From positions 4,030,001 to 4,094,000 of the forward strand of contig NC_043006.1 in the NCBI RefSeq assembly GCF_006345805.1: a stretch of DNA of 64,000 bases. The letters run 5' to 3'. Below are positions 48,261 to 60,655 of the stretch, piece by piece. Both the position numbers and the translations under genes were made by a program. Source of the DNA: Octopus sinensis. Taxonomy: Eukaryota. Positions within the stretch are counted from its first letter, which is position 1; each line of letters starts with the position of its first letter. Under the pieces are notes generated by a model, which saw only the letters and a list, made by a program, of their open reading frames with translations, was not told the origin of the DNA and did no database searches.

Positions 48261-50557
48261 GAGGGGGGGGGGGCTTTGTTACCAAGAGGTAGGAGTTAGG
48301 AGTTCATGGGTTAAAATAAGAAAGAAAAAAAACAGTGGGAATGAAGGGGAGGTAAGCCTTTGCTGTATTTTCTCATCCATTTACATTGTTTGCTCTTTCA
48401 ACCTGCACCAATTGCTGGTACATATAAGAAAACTTCCATATTACCAAACCATGTTTAAAAAATCAATGTCTATGAAACTTTGCAGTAAACAATTGCTATG
48501 ATGATAATACACACACACAATGGGCTTCTCACAAGCTATTAGTCAAATTAAAAAGCTACTTGCCCAGAACATAGAGGGGAATTAACAGATGTTATCTTCA
48601 GGAATGTAGAACAAGGGAATTCAAAGCAACAGTCTTCATGTAGTCTTCAAATGTCATAGTCATTATACTCCTTGCCTATGAAATTGTTCCTTTATTATAT
48701 CTTTTCTTTACAGATGTTTGGATATACTATTTGATCTGTTACACAACAGCAGTCTTGGGTCCTCTCTACAGTTCAGGGTAACAAAGAAGTGTCAATGTTG
48801 GAGGTGGAGATTGAAGCCAGATAGAAGGCCCTCTCGGCTAATAATTCTCCTGCTCTGTCTCACAGAGACGTATATAACAACATCAAATCCATGACATTAT
48901 AAGTGTTTCTCCTACCGCTAGTCATGTATATGATCTTCAGATGTTGAGTGTCAGGGAGGCAATGACAAGAGCTGGAGACCTTTGGCAATTTGCTGTTCCA
49001 ATTGAGTTTCAATTCCAATATCTTTTATTATCTTCCAAATTTTTGCAACAAAGCATTTTGAAAAAGTTATCCAAAGGTCAAGGGTAGCTGGGATAGCGTT
49101 GGATCAAGTCAAATCCCTGAGAAATTTGGAATATAATAAAAGATATTGGAATTGAAACTCACATTGTTGTCTGCAGATAAGTACAATCCTGTACTCTACA
49201 AGAGACTTAAGAAAGATTCTTGTGATTTGAGGAGACATGTCACCAAACCTCAAAATGCTAATTAGCATGCATTAGCATTGGAATAACAACAACAACAACA
49301 GTTGTAGTAGTGGTGGTGGTAATGAATTGGGTGAGTCATTAGGGTAGTAGATATAATATCTTGCAGTATCTATTTTGACTCACTGAGCTCTGAGTTCAAA
49401 TTCCACTCAGTCCAGCAGTGGCTTTTGTCCTTGACAGTCAATAAAAAACTTATGAATCTTGGGTGGTCGATTTGTAGAATTGTATGTTGAACTGAATGCT
49501 TTGCAGTATTTCCTCCCGCTCATTTCTTTCTGAGTTCAAATCCTATCATGGTCTAACTTGGGGGATAGACTTAATCTATGAACAGTTCCTTTGACTGGCA
49601 TCCACACATTTTCTGTGGACCAAATTTCATCCAAAAGGCATTGATTGACTCATGGCTATAACAGGAGTCACTTACTTATAGAGCTGCACTGAGGGGTCAA
49701 ACCCCAAATCATGTAGAAACATGGCCATCACTGTGAAACATCAAAGAAACTAACTAGAAAAAATTTTGTGGTATAGAAGGAACAATACTAGTGATTCTTC
49801 TGGGCATGTTTCTGTGATGCTAAACCTCAGTACAGACTCCACAGCACTTGCCAAAGTAGTGATCAAAGAACCATTAAATAAATGTGCAAGAAGGTATTTA
49901 TTTGGGAACAAAAACAAAAGTAGGAGAGTCTTGAGAAAAAACTGCTGTCAGATGATCTCTATAGGTAAACGACCCCCCCACCCTGAAAATAACCATTAAA
50001 TATTGGACACTTTAAAACAGACAATTTTATATCAAAGAACCAAAGACAGGCATGGCTGTGTGGTTATGGAGTTCACTTTGTTACCATATGGTTGCAAGTA
50101 CTATCCTTGTGACTGGCACATTAAGGAAATGACTTCTGCTATAGCCTTGGGTTGAAAAATGCTCTATGAGTAAAATTGGTGGGCATAAATTGCATAGAGA
50201 TGTCATCACCATTGTTGCTTGCATGTGTCAGACTATGTTGGCACAGAGTTTCTAGATGTCCTTCCAAGTGAGTTAATAATCTCCCAGCCCAGACATGCTT
50301 TTGTGGTAGATTGCAAACAAAAACACTCTCAAGAAGCCATTGTTTACAAACCAGAGAAAGTAAAAGAAATACAAAATCACACACACACACCTATATATAT
50401 GATGGGCTTTCCATGCAATGTCCATGTAGTAATTTCACTCACAAGGAATTGGTTGGCCCAGGGTTATAGTTGATGACACTCAAGGTGGTAGGCTGTGGAA
50501 CTGAACCTAAACTATGTGATTGCAAAGTGAGCTTCCTAAACACACAGCCATGCCTTT

Positions 50558-50624
<67 letters not shown>

Positions 50625-52989
50625 ATATTATCCTCATCTTCATATCTGTTTGCCAATGGTGTTGGATAATATAATTTACTTAACAGTCCACTGTGAAAGC
50701 AGGTCAAAGCTTCTGAACATGTGTGTTCTTTGTAAACAAAAGGCTCATTCATGCAGTGTCGTTTGTTTCTAGTTCTTCATGTAAAAATGTTTGGGAAATT
50801 ATTACTTTGGTTGGAATTTAGAGAGAGCTGGGACCAAAAGGGTATCTGGCCATAGAAAACACTGTCCCAGTGTACTCTTGTATGACCTATGCAAGCATAG
50901 AAAAGTAGATGTTAAATTGCTGCTACTACTACTGCTGCTGATGATGATGGTGAGGAGGAGGAGAATGAAGAGGGAGAGGAGGAGGATGGCATAACTTAAT
51001 GGCTAAAACTTTTGACTTACTTCTATAAGACACTCTGTTGGAACCCTTTTGTCTTAGTCCTATGAAATTCATTTTTTAAACTCTTTCACCACAGGCCCAG
51101 TTGTTACTGCTTTCCTTTGTTTCTGTGTCCCCTATTCCATGCTGGCATAGCTTTGACGAAGACTCATTTGAAGACTTACTGCAGGATGTTCTTCCTGCCA
51201 TCCACAATTCTTAAATTTGAGGTTTTTATTCCTCTTGTTCTTACAAATAGGTATCAAGCATCAGAAATAGAAATATGGCATTACCATTTTTCTCAGGCTG
51301 TATAGCATGAAGCTACATCCCTTCCTCACATACGCATACAAACATATATGAATGGTTTCTTTCAGTTTCCAATTGTTAAATCCACTCACAAGGTTTGTAG
51401 TGGAACTGAACTCAAAACCACATTGATTGGGAAGCAAACTTTTAACCACACAGCTATGCCTGTGACTCAACTGATAATGGATATCTAGAGAAGTTCCTTT
51501 CATATGAATGAAGTAATTCAATTAATTTTTCTACAGGAAAAAATAATAAATACTGCTATATAATTATCCCATTATATATATTATAAGAAAGGAATCAACA
51601 AGTAAACAACACCACTATTAAATTTATAAATAATTATTACAGAGAATATACCAACAAACAAAAACAAAAAATAAATGAAGCTGATTCATTATTATCATAT
51701 CCTTTTGTACTAATTCACATCTAATATGGTAAAAAAATGTTGACAGAATTTTACTATCTTTAAATCCATTAGCAGCAGAGTGAAAAGAAGCAAAGAAATC
51801 GATATTCTATAACTTTTTCCAATTTCCTTCTGAGAATTTAAGGACAAAATTCCTATTCTGCATTATCGAAATCCAGAGTAATATTTCAGTGTAAAATCTG
51901 CCAAATTTTTCAATATTTTTGAAGAATATCATCCACGACTTTGAATTAAAATGAAATGAATTGGAAAAAAAGCAAATAAATCAATGAATATTTTCTTACT
52001 AAATGCATAAAATATTAGATGGAGTGGAACAAATAATTACTTGGTAGACTGCAAGAAATATTTCTATTAGAAACTTTGCAGCATTAAAAGAACAAGAAAT
52101 GATACTAAACAACATTCAAGCATTCAATATGGTTGCCAGCAAGTGCATTTGAATAGGAAACGAATCCAGCAGAGTGGAAAGTGCATGCTTCATTTGAGAT
52201 ATAATTGAGTGACCAATACGCTCTCCAATGAGCTGGCTGCACTAACCTCATCAATCATAGAAAAATGTGTGAGTATGAAAATAGATCATCAATTTAAGTA
52301 AAACTCTTTGGTGATAAGAAGAAGATGGCAAATAATCTTACAGTTGATTTGAGCAGTTAGGTCATGGAAGTTGATCTTTCAGACAAGTTAAGGCAACTAT
52401 ACACAGATGGTAACATTAGAGTATCATGAGTTACTGAACATTCTTTTCAATATCTTGGTCACCATCCAAGAATACTGATCATAGAAAGAGCTTTCTTTAT
52501 TTTAGCATCTCACCAATGAGATGGAGATAAAAAAAATCTTAAGACAAATGATATTATTATTTAAAAACACTTTACAAACAACAAAAGAAATATTTAAGGA
52601 AATAAATGGAAATGAAATTTGATGTCATGTTACATCGTTGGTATTAATGTCTAATAACTGAAATATATTTTGACACACACTATAACTAGTACAAGGTAAC
52701 AGCAACAACAACAATAATTATTATTTCTGATTTAGGTGGTAGGCCAGCTAATTGGAGGGAAGAATGGTGGTTGGTTGCATCGACCCAGTGCTAGTATTTT
52801 ATTTTATTGAACCTGATGAGAATGTAAAAAGCTTGAAAAAATAGCACAAAATAGTTTTTCAATGGTCAATTCTTCAAGCTTACTGCCCTAACAACAACAG
52901 CAACAAAAAAAGATGATATTCACAAGGTAAAGGTATTCAGTACAGACAAATGAAGGGGAAGATTTGAAAGGAGAAATACAAAGAACTGC

Positions 52990-53780
52990 ATAGAAGCTAC
53001 CTGTTGATAGAATATTGCTTCAATGCCATCAACTGGAACCTTGCTGGGCTACAGAGAATGGACGTAAACTAAAAATAAAAAGCATTATCCAAAGGTGGAT
53101 ATAAACTACCTCTAGCTATCAGGGAAATGAGGCAGAAGAGGGATGAGCCAACTAGAAGTCTCATATAAAGCAGAAATGTTCTGCAAAAATACTTAAGTAA
53201 GATCAGTGATTGGATGATGATATTGGTGAAAGGCCAAGGACCCTAGAAGAAGTTCCATTCTATAAACAAAAAAGCTGAGAAATATGGAGCAGATATACAC
53301 AGTACAGATATAGAAGATACTAATGATAATCTAATTCCAACAAAGGCAGCCAAAGTGTATGGGATGAAAGCAAAAACCTCTTCTCCATGGCCAATACCAT
53401 CTCCACATCCAGGAGCTGATGTAGACCAACCAAAACCCATCAGTGGCTGCAGAGTTCAGAGGTGAAGGAAGAAACAGAGGGATTCATTCTTGCTGTACAG
53501 AACCAGAGTGAAATACACACAGAAGCTAACATCTTCAAAAATGGAGCAAACCCCAAGTGCAGAGTTTCTGATGCTCATGATGAAACAATTGATCATATGC
53601 TATCTGGATGCTTAACCCTCACTTCAACTGAAAATAAACCTAGACATGACAGAGTTGGCCAATACATTCACTGGACTTGCTGCAAAAGCCTGTGCTGAAT
53701 ATGTCAGAAGCTGATATGAAAACTAGCCAAAACCAGGAGTTGAAAGTAACAGCATTACCATTCTTTGAAACTTTACAGCA
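52990..53780 (+). mobile_element. Highly degenerate R4/Dong fragment
   Basis: ETEGFILAVQNQ..CRVSDAHDETIDHMLSGC..RHDRVGQYIHW in ORF 53462-53698. Confidence 0.75.
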
Positions 53781-53782
53781 TA

Positions 53783-54606
53783 TACAAGGTAGTATCAAAA
53801 AGTTCTCAGACTAGTTATGTTTAATAAAAAAGGAATTATCTACCAAATATTTAACATCATCTCCTTTGAAATAGTCACGTAATGCAGTAATACCCAGGTC
53901 CCAGCATTGGTGCCATGTTTGGAATCTGGTCTGGAAGTCATTTGCTATAAGTGAGCCAAGGACCAAAAGTGAGCCAAAGACCATAAGTGAGTCAAGGACC
54001 TTGATCTTAATAGCAGTGTTAAAACAGCAATCTTTGAGCTGTATTTTCCTCTAGGGAAAGAAAGAGATGGAAGTCCACATGTGCTAAATGTTGCAAATAG
54101 GGTGAGTGTGTAAGTGATAGCATGTTGCTTTTGGTGAGAAGCTCATGCGTGAAGCGAGCTCAGTGACAGGGTGCATTGTTGTCATGAAGAATCCGGACAT
54201 TAGGATTGCCTGCTCGGACACACATGACTGACCATCAACATCACCAATCTCATTGATTGTACTCCAACGATCCTCAGGCATAAGATGATGAACTTTCTCC
54301 ACATTTCCAGGGGTGACACACATGGCAGGTCTTCTAGAAGATAAATTATCGCCTTCTAGGGAAGTTTTTCTGCTTTTGAAGTGCTCATACCACTTGTGTA
54401 TGACCCATTGCTTCATCACCGTAAGCATGCTGAATGTCTCTGCAGCAGACTTCCCAAATTTCCTGTTGGCTCTTTGTCCCTGTCCATGACAAAATCGCTG
54501 ACCATAGCATAGACATGATCAAAGCAACGCAAATTTGACAATATGTGAAGTAGACACAGTGATATCACTCGGCACACTGCCTCATGGAAGTCACTGAAAC
54601 CTTGTA
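53783..54606 (-). mobile_element. Internally deleted mariner element
   Basis: ORF 54084-54428 is a mariner HTH region (KWYEHFKSRKTSLEGD..SRRP). Terminal TACAAGGT / ACCTTGTA inverted 8-mers. Confidence 0.7.
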
Positions 54607-54679
54607 GCTTTGGAGTGAATTTGTTCACCATACAGACTTGCCTGTGTCTGCATACATGCATGAATGGATGCATATATAC

Positions 54680-54716
<37 letters not shown>

Positions 54717-54717
<1 letters not shown>

Positions 54718-56073
54718 GATTTTGATTTTGATTTTTGATTTTTCCAGTTTCAGCTAATGAGCTGTGGCCATGCTGGGGCACCGCCATTTGGTTTGCTACA
54801 CGGGTTTACCTCACGGATGCTTTTTAGCAAACGCTATCTGATGCATGAGAGAGTTCGATGCAGCTGCCCTCATCTGCACCTCCTGCCGTGAAGTTGGTTC
54901 ATCCGGGACACCTGACAGGAAGAGATCCAGTCCTACTTTGAAGACATCCGCATCTACACCATGCAGGTCCCTCAGGTTCTTCGGGAGGACATTGAAGAGC
55001 CGTGGGCCTCTGAAGCCCAGGCTATCACAATATCTTGTCCTACATCTTGATGGCAAATTTGGAGTCCTTGGTACTATGCAGTGGCATCCGGTTCTGGCGT
55101 TTGTGTGACTCTCGATGCCAAAGTCTGGGACAAGACCTTCCAGGATCTTCCAGATATATATTATGGCATATCTTTCTCGCCTACGCTCCAGGGAATAGAG
55201 CTTTAATCTCTTGAGTCTCTCCCAGTAGCTCGTATGCTGCACAGAGGCTATCTTCTTCGTGTAGCTTCGTTGGATCGCCTCAAGTTCTGTGATCAACTTG
55301 ACACTGGATGGTGACCATAGCTGAGAGCAATAGTCAAAGTAGCTTAGGACAAGTGTCTTCCAGAGGACCATCATGGTCTCTTGTTCTCTTGTTCTAAAGG
55401 TTCTAAGAATCCATCCAGCCAGCCATCTGCATTTCATTGTCAGTTTAGCAACATGTACATGAAAGGTCGCGTCATCACTCATGTGAATACCCAGGTCACG
55501 CACTGATTGTGCCTCTGGGATTGCAATCCCTCCGGGTCCAGTGTATTCATTGGGTATTGCATTCAGTTTTGCATGCTGATAGTATAAAGCTTGAAACTTT
55601 TCAGCATTGAACTGCATGCTATTCTTTTCAGCCCACTTGTATATTTCGTCCAGCTCACATTGCAGGTGCTTAGTGTCTTCAGGGTTCTGTATTGCCTGTG
55701 AAACTTTTGTATCATCTGCATAACTTGTGATCGTGGCTCTCCGCGTGGCTGAGGGCATGTCTGAGAGGGCCATTATGAACAGTAGTGGTCCTAAAACAGT
55801 GCCCTGTGGAACACCGCTCACTATTTGCGTGCTAATGGAAGTGGCCCCATTGGCTGCTACCACCTGACTTCTATTCTTGAGAAAGTCATGAAGCCATTCT
55901 CCTAGTTTTCCAACTATGCCAAGATCACGCAGCTTGTGACATATCATTCCATGATCGACTTTATCGAAGGCCTTTGCGAAGTCGAGATATATGACTTCCA
56001 CACTTGAGTGGTTGAGCAGTTGTTTCAGCACCCAGTCATAGTGCTGCAGGAGCTGAGTTAAGCAGCTTCTTCC
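54717..56073 (-). mobile_element. CR1-type LINE, 5'-truncated, uninterrupted RT C-terminal ORF
   Basis: ORF 54811-56031 has YLDFAKAFDKVDH, GVPQGTVLGPLLF and YADDTK. 3' tail ggcggtgccccagcatggccacagctc followed by (AAATC)n. Confidence 0.92.
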
Positions 56074-56109
<36 letters not shown>

Positions 56110-56447
56110 ATGGGTATGTATGTATTTGAATTTAATGTAATATCTGTGACAAATATTTTTTATTTGGTGTCATTTAAAGAAATATTTTGCAATTCACTAT
56201 CTGATTTACAGTTATCAATATGTTTATTTATTTCCTTTTGTTGTATAGACTTCAGGGAGTTTCCAATAATAATTTGGCATCCATCATGTCTGCGAAAGAG
56301 TAATAAAGAAAACTGAATCAATATTACCAGTATATTTCAGAATATTGGTTAGAAACGAAAATTTAATATTTCATTACAGAACAAAATATGCATACAATTA
56401 GATTTGCTTGTATGTGTGTGTGTGGTGTGTGTGTGTGTGTGTGCATG

Positions 56448-56448
56448 C

Positions 56449-56524
<76 letters not shown>
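56448..56524. repeat. (GATA)n microsatellite
   Basis: Seen directly. Confidence 0.97.
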
Positions 56525-56525
<1 letters not shown>

Positions 56526-56724
56526 TTTGTTTAGTGTTGACTGGCAGAAAAAGAGTATTCAACGCCATAGTAGATATTACTAATATATTTCATAGTGGTT
56601 GAGTCAGTCTCTTACTGCTCAGATTCTCCTCTGTAGGTGACTCAATGTCACAGCTTGCCTAAAGATGAAGGTTAAAGTAGTGAGGAAAGGCAAACAATTA
56701 GATGAGGCGTGACACTACCATCAA

Positions 56725-58149
56725 GGAGCTTGAATAACAAGAAAGCTATAAATAGCTGGGGATAAACGAAGGAGATGTTATACAACATGCTACTATGAAG
56801 GAAAAAATACGAAAGGAATATTACAGGAGAATAAGACTCATACTAAAAACTGAACTCAACTCCAAAAATTGCAATGAAGCCATTAACAGCCTGGCACTTC
56901 CAGTAGTCAAATATAGACTTAGCATCATTAACTGGAATTTTACAGAATTCCAATGTATGAACAGGAAGACAAGAAGACTACTAACATCTAAGGACATGGC
57001 ACCACCCAAAAGCAGATGCTGATCATCTGTACCTACCTAGACGAAATGGAGGAAGAGGAATGATGCAGGTTGAGTTGTGCTAGAAAACTCCACAAGAGCA
57101 ATGAACAGGTACTTATCAAGTACAGAGGACTGGATGTTGCAGCTTGTGTGCAAACATGAAAGCAGCAAAAGATCACATTCCAATGTCAAGGAAGCTTGGA
57201 AATTCACAAGGGAACTCAGCATTAATCCTGAATTAGATGAAGAACTTGAAACCACTGCCACAAATGCATCAAGCAGACTGCAAAAGAGAACAGGCAGAAA
57301 TAAATTGAGGAGTGGTGGAACCAGAAGCCTCTTCATGGACAGTATATTACTTCAAAGCCAAAATGCTGATGTAGACCAAGCAACAATCCACCAGTGGCTG
57401 AGAAACTCAGGACTGAAAACAGAGACTGAAGCTTTCTTATTAGTAGCAGAAGATCAAAGCTTGCTTGCCAAAAACTAGCAGGCTAACATTCTTCAAAACA
57501 GTTCTGACCCTAAATTCAGATTCTGTGACACATTTGACAAAATATCTCATCTCGGCAAAGCCTGTACTGACACCAAACAAATACAAAAATCCCCACGATA
57601 GGGCAGGACAGTATTTACATTGGAAAATATGTAAATACAACAAAATCAACACTCCTGCTTACTGGCATGAACAGCATCCTGAGCTAGTCGTTGGAGGTAA
57701 AAATGTCCCTATCCTCTGGGATTTTCCAGTCAACACTGACAGAAGAATCTAGGCTACTTTACCAGACATAGTCATTAAAGATAGGAAAGAAAAATACTTG
57801 TAGATTAATGTGGCATCTTGAGCAAGAACTGTTCCTGTTATTGTGAGTGCCTTAGGTACAATAAAAAAAGGATTTCAGAAACATCAAGATAATATCCCAG
57901 GAGAACCACATCTCAGAGAAATCCAAAAGATTATACTGACAAGTACTGCTCACCTCCTTAGAAAAACCCTATCAATTTAAACGTCTGTGTTGTATTACAT
58001 GAAGATATTTTGCTACTGCCCCTGCCACTTCCCCTCCCCAATCTTTCAGTTATACTGTAACATCTCTCATCCTTCACTTGCCCTAGGATGCTGGGTGTGT
58101 CTCAGCAAGTGATTGTAGCAAATATGCAGATTTTAAAATAAATAAATAA

Positions 58150-58150
<1 letters not shown>
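56725..58150 (+). mobile_element. Old R4/Dong copy (F)
   Basis: MKEKIRKEYYRRIRLILKTELN, QWLRNSGLKTETEAF and ILWDFPVNTDR in broken frames; ends in (TAA)n. Confidence 0.85.
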
Positions 58151-58211
<61 letters not shown>

Positions 58212-58213
<2 letters not shown>

Positions 58214-60371
58214 CCCTAGTAGGATGCCCCCTTAGCTAGTTAATGGGTTAACATTCCTGCTTCCAAAAAGTGAAGAAACAAATGAACCAAAAAGCTATAG
58301 ACCCATAACCTGCTTAACAACTATGTATAAAATACTAACATCTGTCCTGACGGAATATACCTATAGTTTTTTGACAGACAGCAGCATATTCCCTAATGAA
58401 CAGAAAGGAGGTAAACGTGGATCCTACGGTTGTAAAGATCAACTACTCATCAATAAGATGATCTTAGAAGATTGTCACAAACGACACAAACGACGCCACT
58501 TCTCTTCTGTTTAGCCTTAATACCTCTCTCAAAACTGCTCAATGACGCGCAGTACGGGTATAAATTGTTTGATAAAAATATAAATCATCTCATTTACATG
58601 GATGATTTAAAGCTCTTTGCAAAAAATGACCAACAACTCAAGGGCTTACTAGCGATTGTCAAACAATTCAGTGATGACATCAGAATGCAATTCGGCCTCG
58701 ATAAATGTGCAAAAGCTACCTTTATCAAAGGAAAAATGACAGAAACATTTAACGTTAACCTTGACCAGCAGAATGTCATAAAAGAACTAGACCCAGCGGA
58801 GAGCTACAAGTACCTAGGGGTAATTGAAGGGAACGGAATAAGGCATTCAGAGATGAAGGAAAGGATCAGGAGAGAATGTTATCGAAGAGTGAGAGCAATA
58901 CTGAAGACAGAGCTGAATGCAAGAAACAGGATCGAAGCGATCAATGCATTAGCCATACCAGTTGTGACTTACAGTTTCAATATCGTTAACTGGTCAATTA
59001 CTGAAATATGTCAGCTTGACAGAAAAATAAGAAAACTGTTGACAATGCATAGAATGCACTACCCTAAGGCAGATACAGAACGACTTTATCTGCCAAGAAA
59101 AGAGCGAGGCCGTGGACTTTTACAACTGGCAATAACAATGAAGATTGCTACAATTGGCCTAGACACCTACCTGAACAACTCTGAGGACTGGATGTTAAAA
59201 CTTGTCTCAAAACATGAAAACAAGAAAGCATCATACTCAGTAACAAAACAGGCAAAGGAATGTCTAAGTGAATTCCGAATACAACAAATTTCGGAATTAG
59301 AGATAGACATACAAGAAACAGACACAGAAAAAGCTAAGCGCATGAAAACCCATGCCAAAACTGCGGCCTTAGATATTCTGAATAATAAATGGCAAGAAAA
59401 ACCTCTCTATGGCAAATACCCAAAGAGAGCAAATAATGCAGATGTTGACAAAGTCCTGACCCATCAATGGCTAATGGCCTCTGGCTTAAAATCTGAAACA
59501 GAGGGGTTTATCATAGCAGCTCAAGATCAATGCCTACCAACAAGAAACTACCAGGCCAACATATAAAAGATCAGAAGCAGTCCAACGTGTCGTGTATGCC
59601 AGCAACAAAATGAAACCATTGACCATGTGGTCTCCAAGTGCAGTCTTCTAGCGCCTACAGAGTATCTCAACAGACACGATAGAGCTGCACAATATATTCA
59701 CTGGGTAATCTGCAAAAACCTGGATTTGCCCCATGAAAAAAACTGGTGGGAACACAAACCACCCCCAGTGCTTGAAAATGACCACATCTCACTCCTCTGG
59801 AACTTCACCATTCAAACTGACAGAAAGATAGATGCAAATAGGCCAGACATCATATTGAAAGACTTCAAACAAAGAACATGCCTCCTCATTGATATGACTG
59901 TCCCAATCGATATAAACGTATCTGTCAAAACCTACCAAAAACTGAGCAAATATAAAGATCTTGAAATAGAAATCAGCAAAATGTGGAACCTGAAGACTAA
60001 AACAATACCTGTTGTCATAGGTGCCCTGGGAATGATAGCGAAAGGGGCTGATAGCTACCTAACTCAGATACCAGGAAACCCCAAAATGGCAGAAATTCAA
60101 AAGATAGTGCTCATGGGAACTGCTCATATCCTACGCAAAATACTTTCTATGTAATCTCAAGGTTAAAAACAAACATAATTTTCGGTTTTAAAAAAAAAAG
60201 TTTTTATTTTAGACATTCATTAGTACAACACCAAAAACTCCCCCCCCCAAAAAAAAATATATAGCACACTAGGCATAACAACAACATGAACTTCCAACCT
60301 GTTGTCTCTTGAGGTCTCTGGGTGAGACTTGGAGCCAACTTGTACAAATATAAAGCAAAAGTCAAACATGG
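58212..60371 (+). mobile_element. Second R4/Dong subfamily copy (E), 5'-truncated, internally deleted in the RT
   Basis: YRPITCL..GCKDQL joined directly to PLLFCLAL..YMDD. RLE in 59627-60154. Starts after (TAA)n and ends in gAATAATAAT. Confidence 0.9.
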
Positions 60372-60554
60372 AATAATAATAATAAGATTTTGTAGTTATC
60401 TCCCTTCCTAAGGTTACTTCCCTTGCCTTTCTAGACTTACTTCCCTTGTCATAATTTAGTAATAGTCATAAACTAATTATAATTAAGGAAAGGATTTTGT
60501 AGTTGTGTCACGTCTTCCTTTTGAGTTTTGTAGATATCTCCCTTCAGTATGTAG

Positions 60555-60655
60555 TAAGGGGTTAGGGTTAAGTGCTAGGGTTTAGGGTTAGGTTTAGGGT
60601 TTGGGTTAGGGTAAGGGTTATGGGTTTGGGTAGGGGTTAGGGTTAGGTTTAGGGT
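60555..60655 (+). repeat. Degenerate (TTAGGG)n telomere-like tract
   Basis: Mix of ttaggg, tttaggg, ttagg, taaggg and ttgggg-type units over about 100 bp. Confidence 0.8.

Noticed and set aside
52000-52290. Minus-strand hydrophobic reading frame (CSQLIGERIGH..ILNA*MLFSII..)
   Set aside because: It has an in-frame TGA, no recognisable family motif and no convincing splice pair.
60555-60655. True chromosome terminus
   Set aside because: The tract is short, degenerate and followed by more than 3 kb of other sequence.
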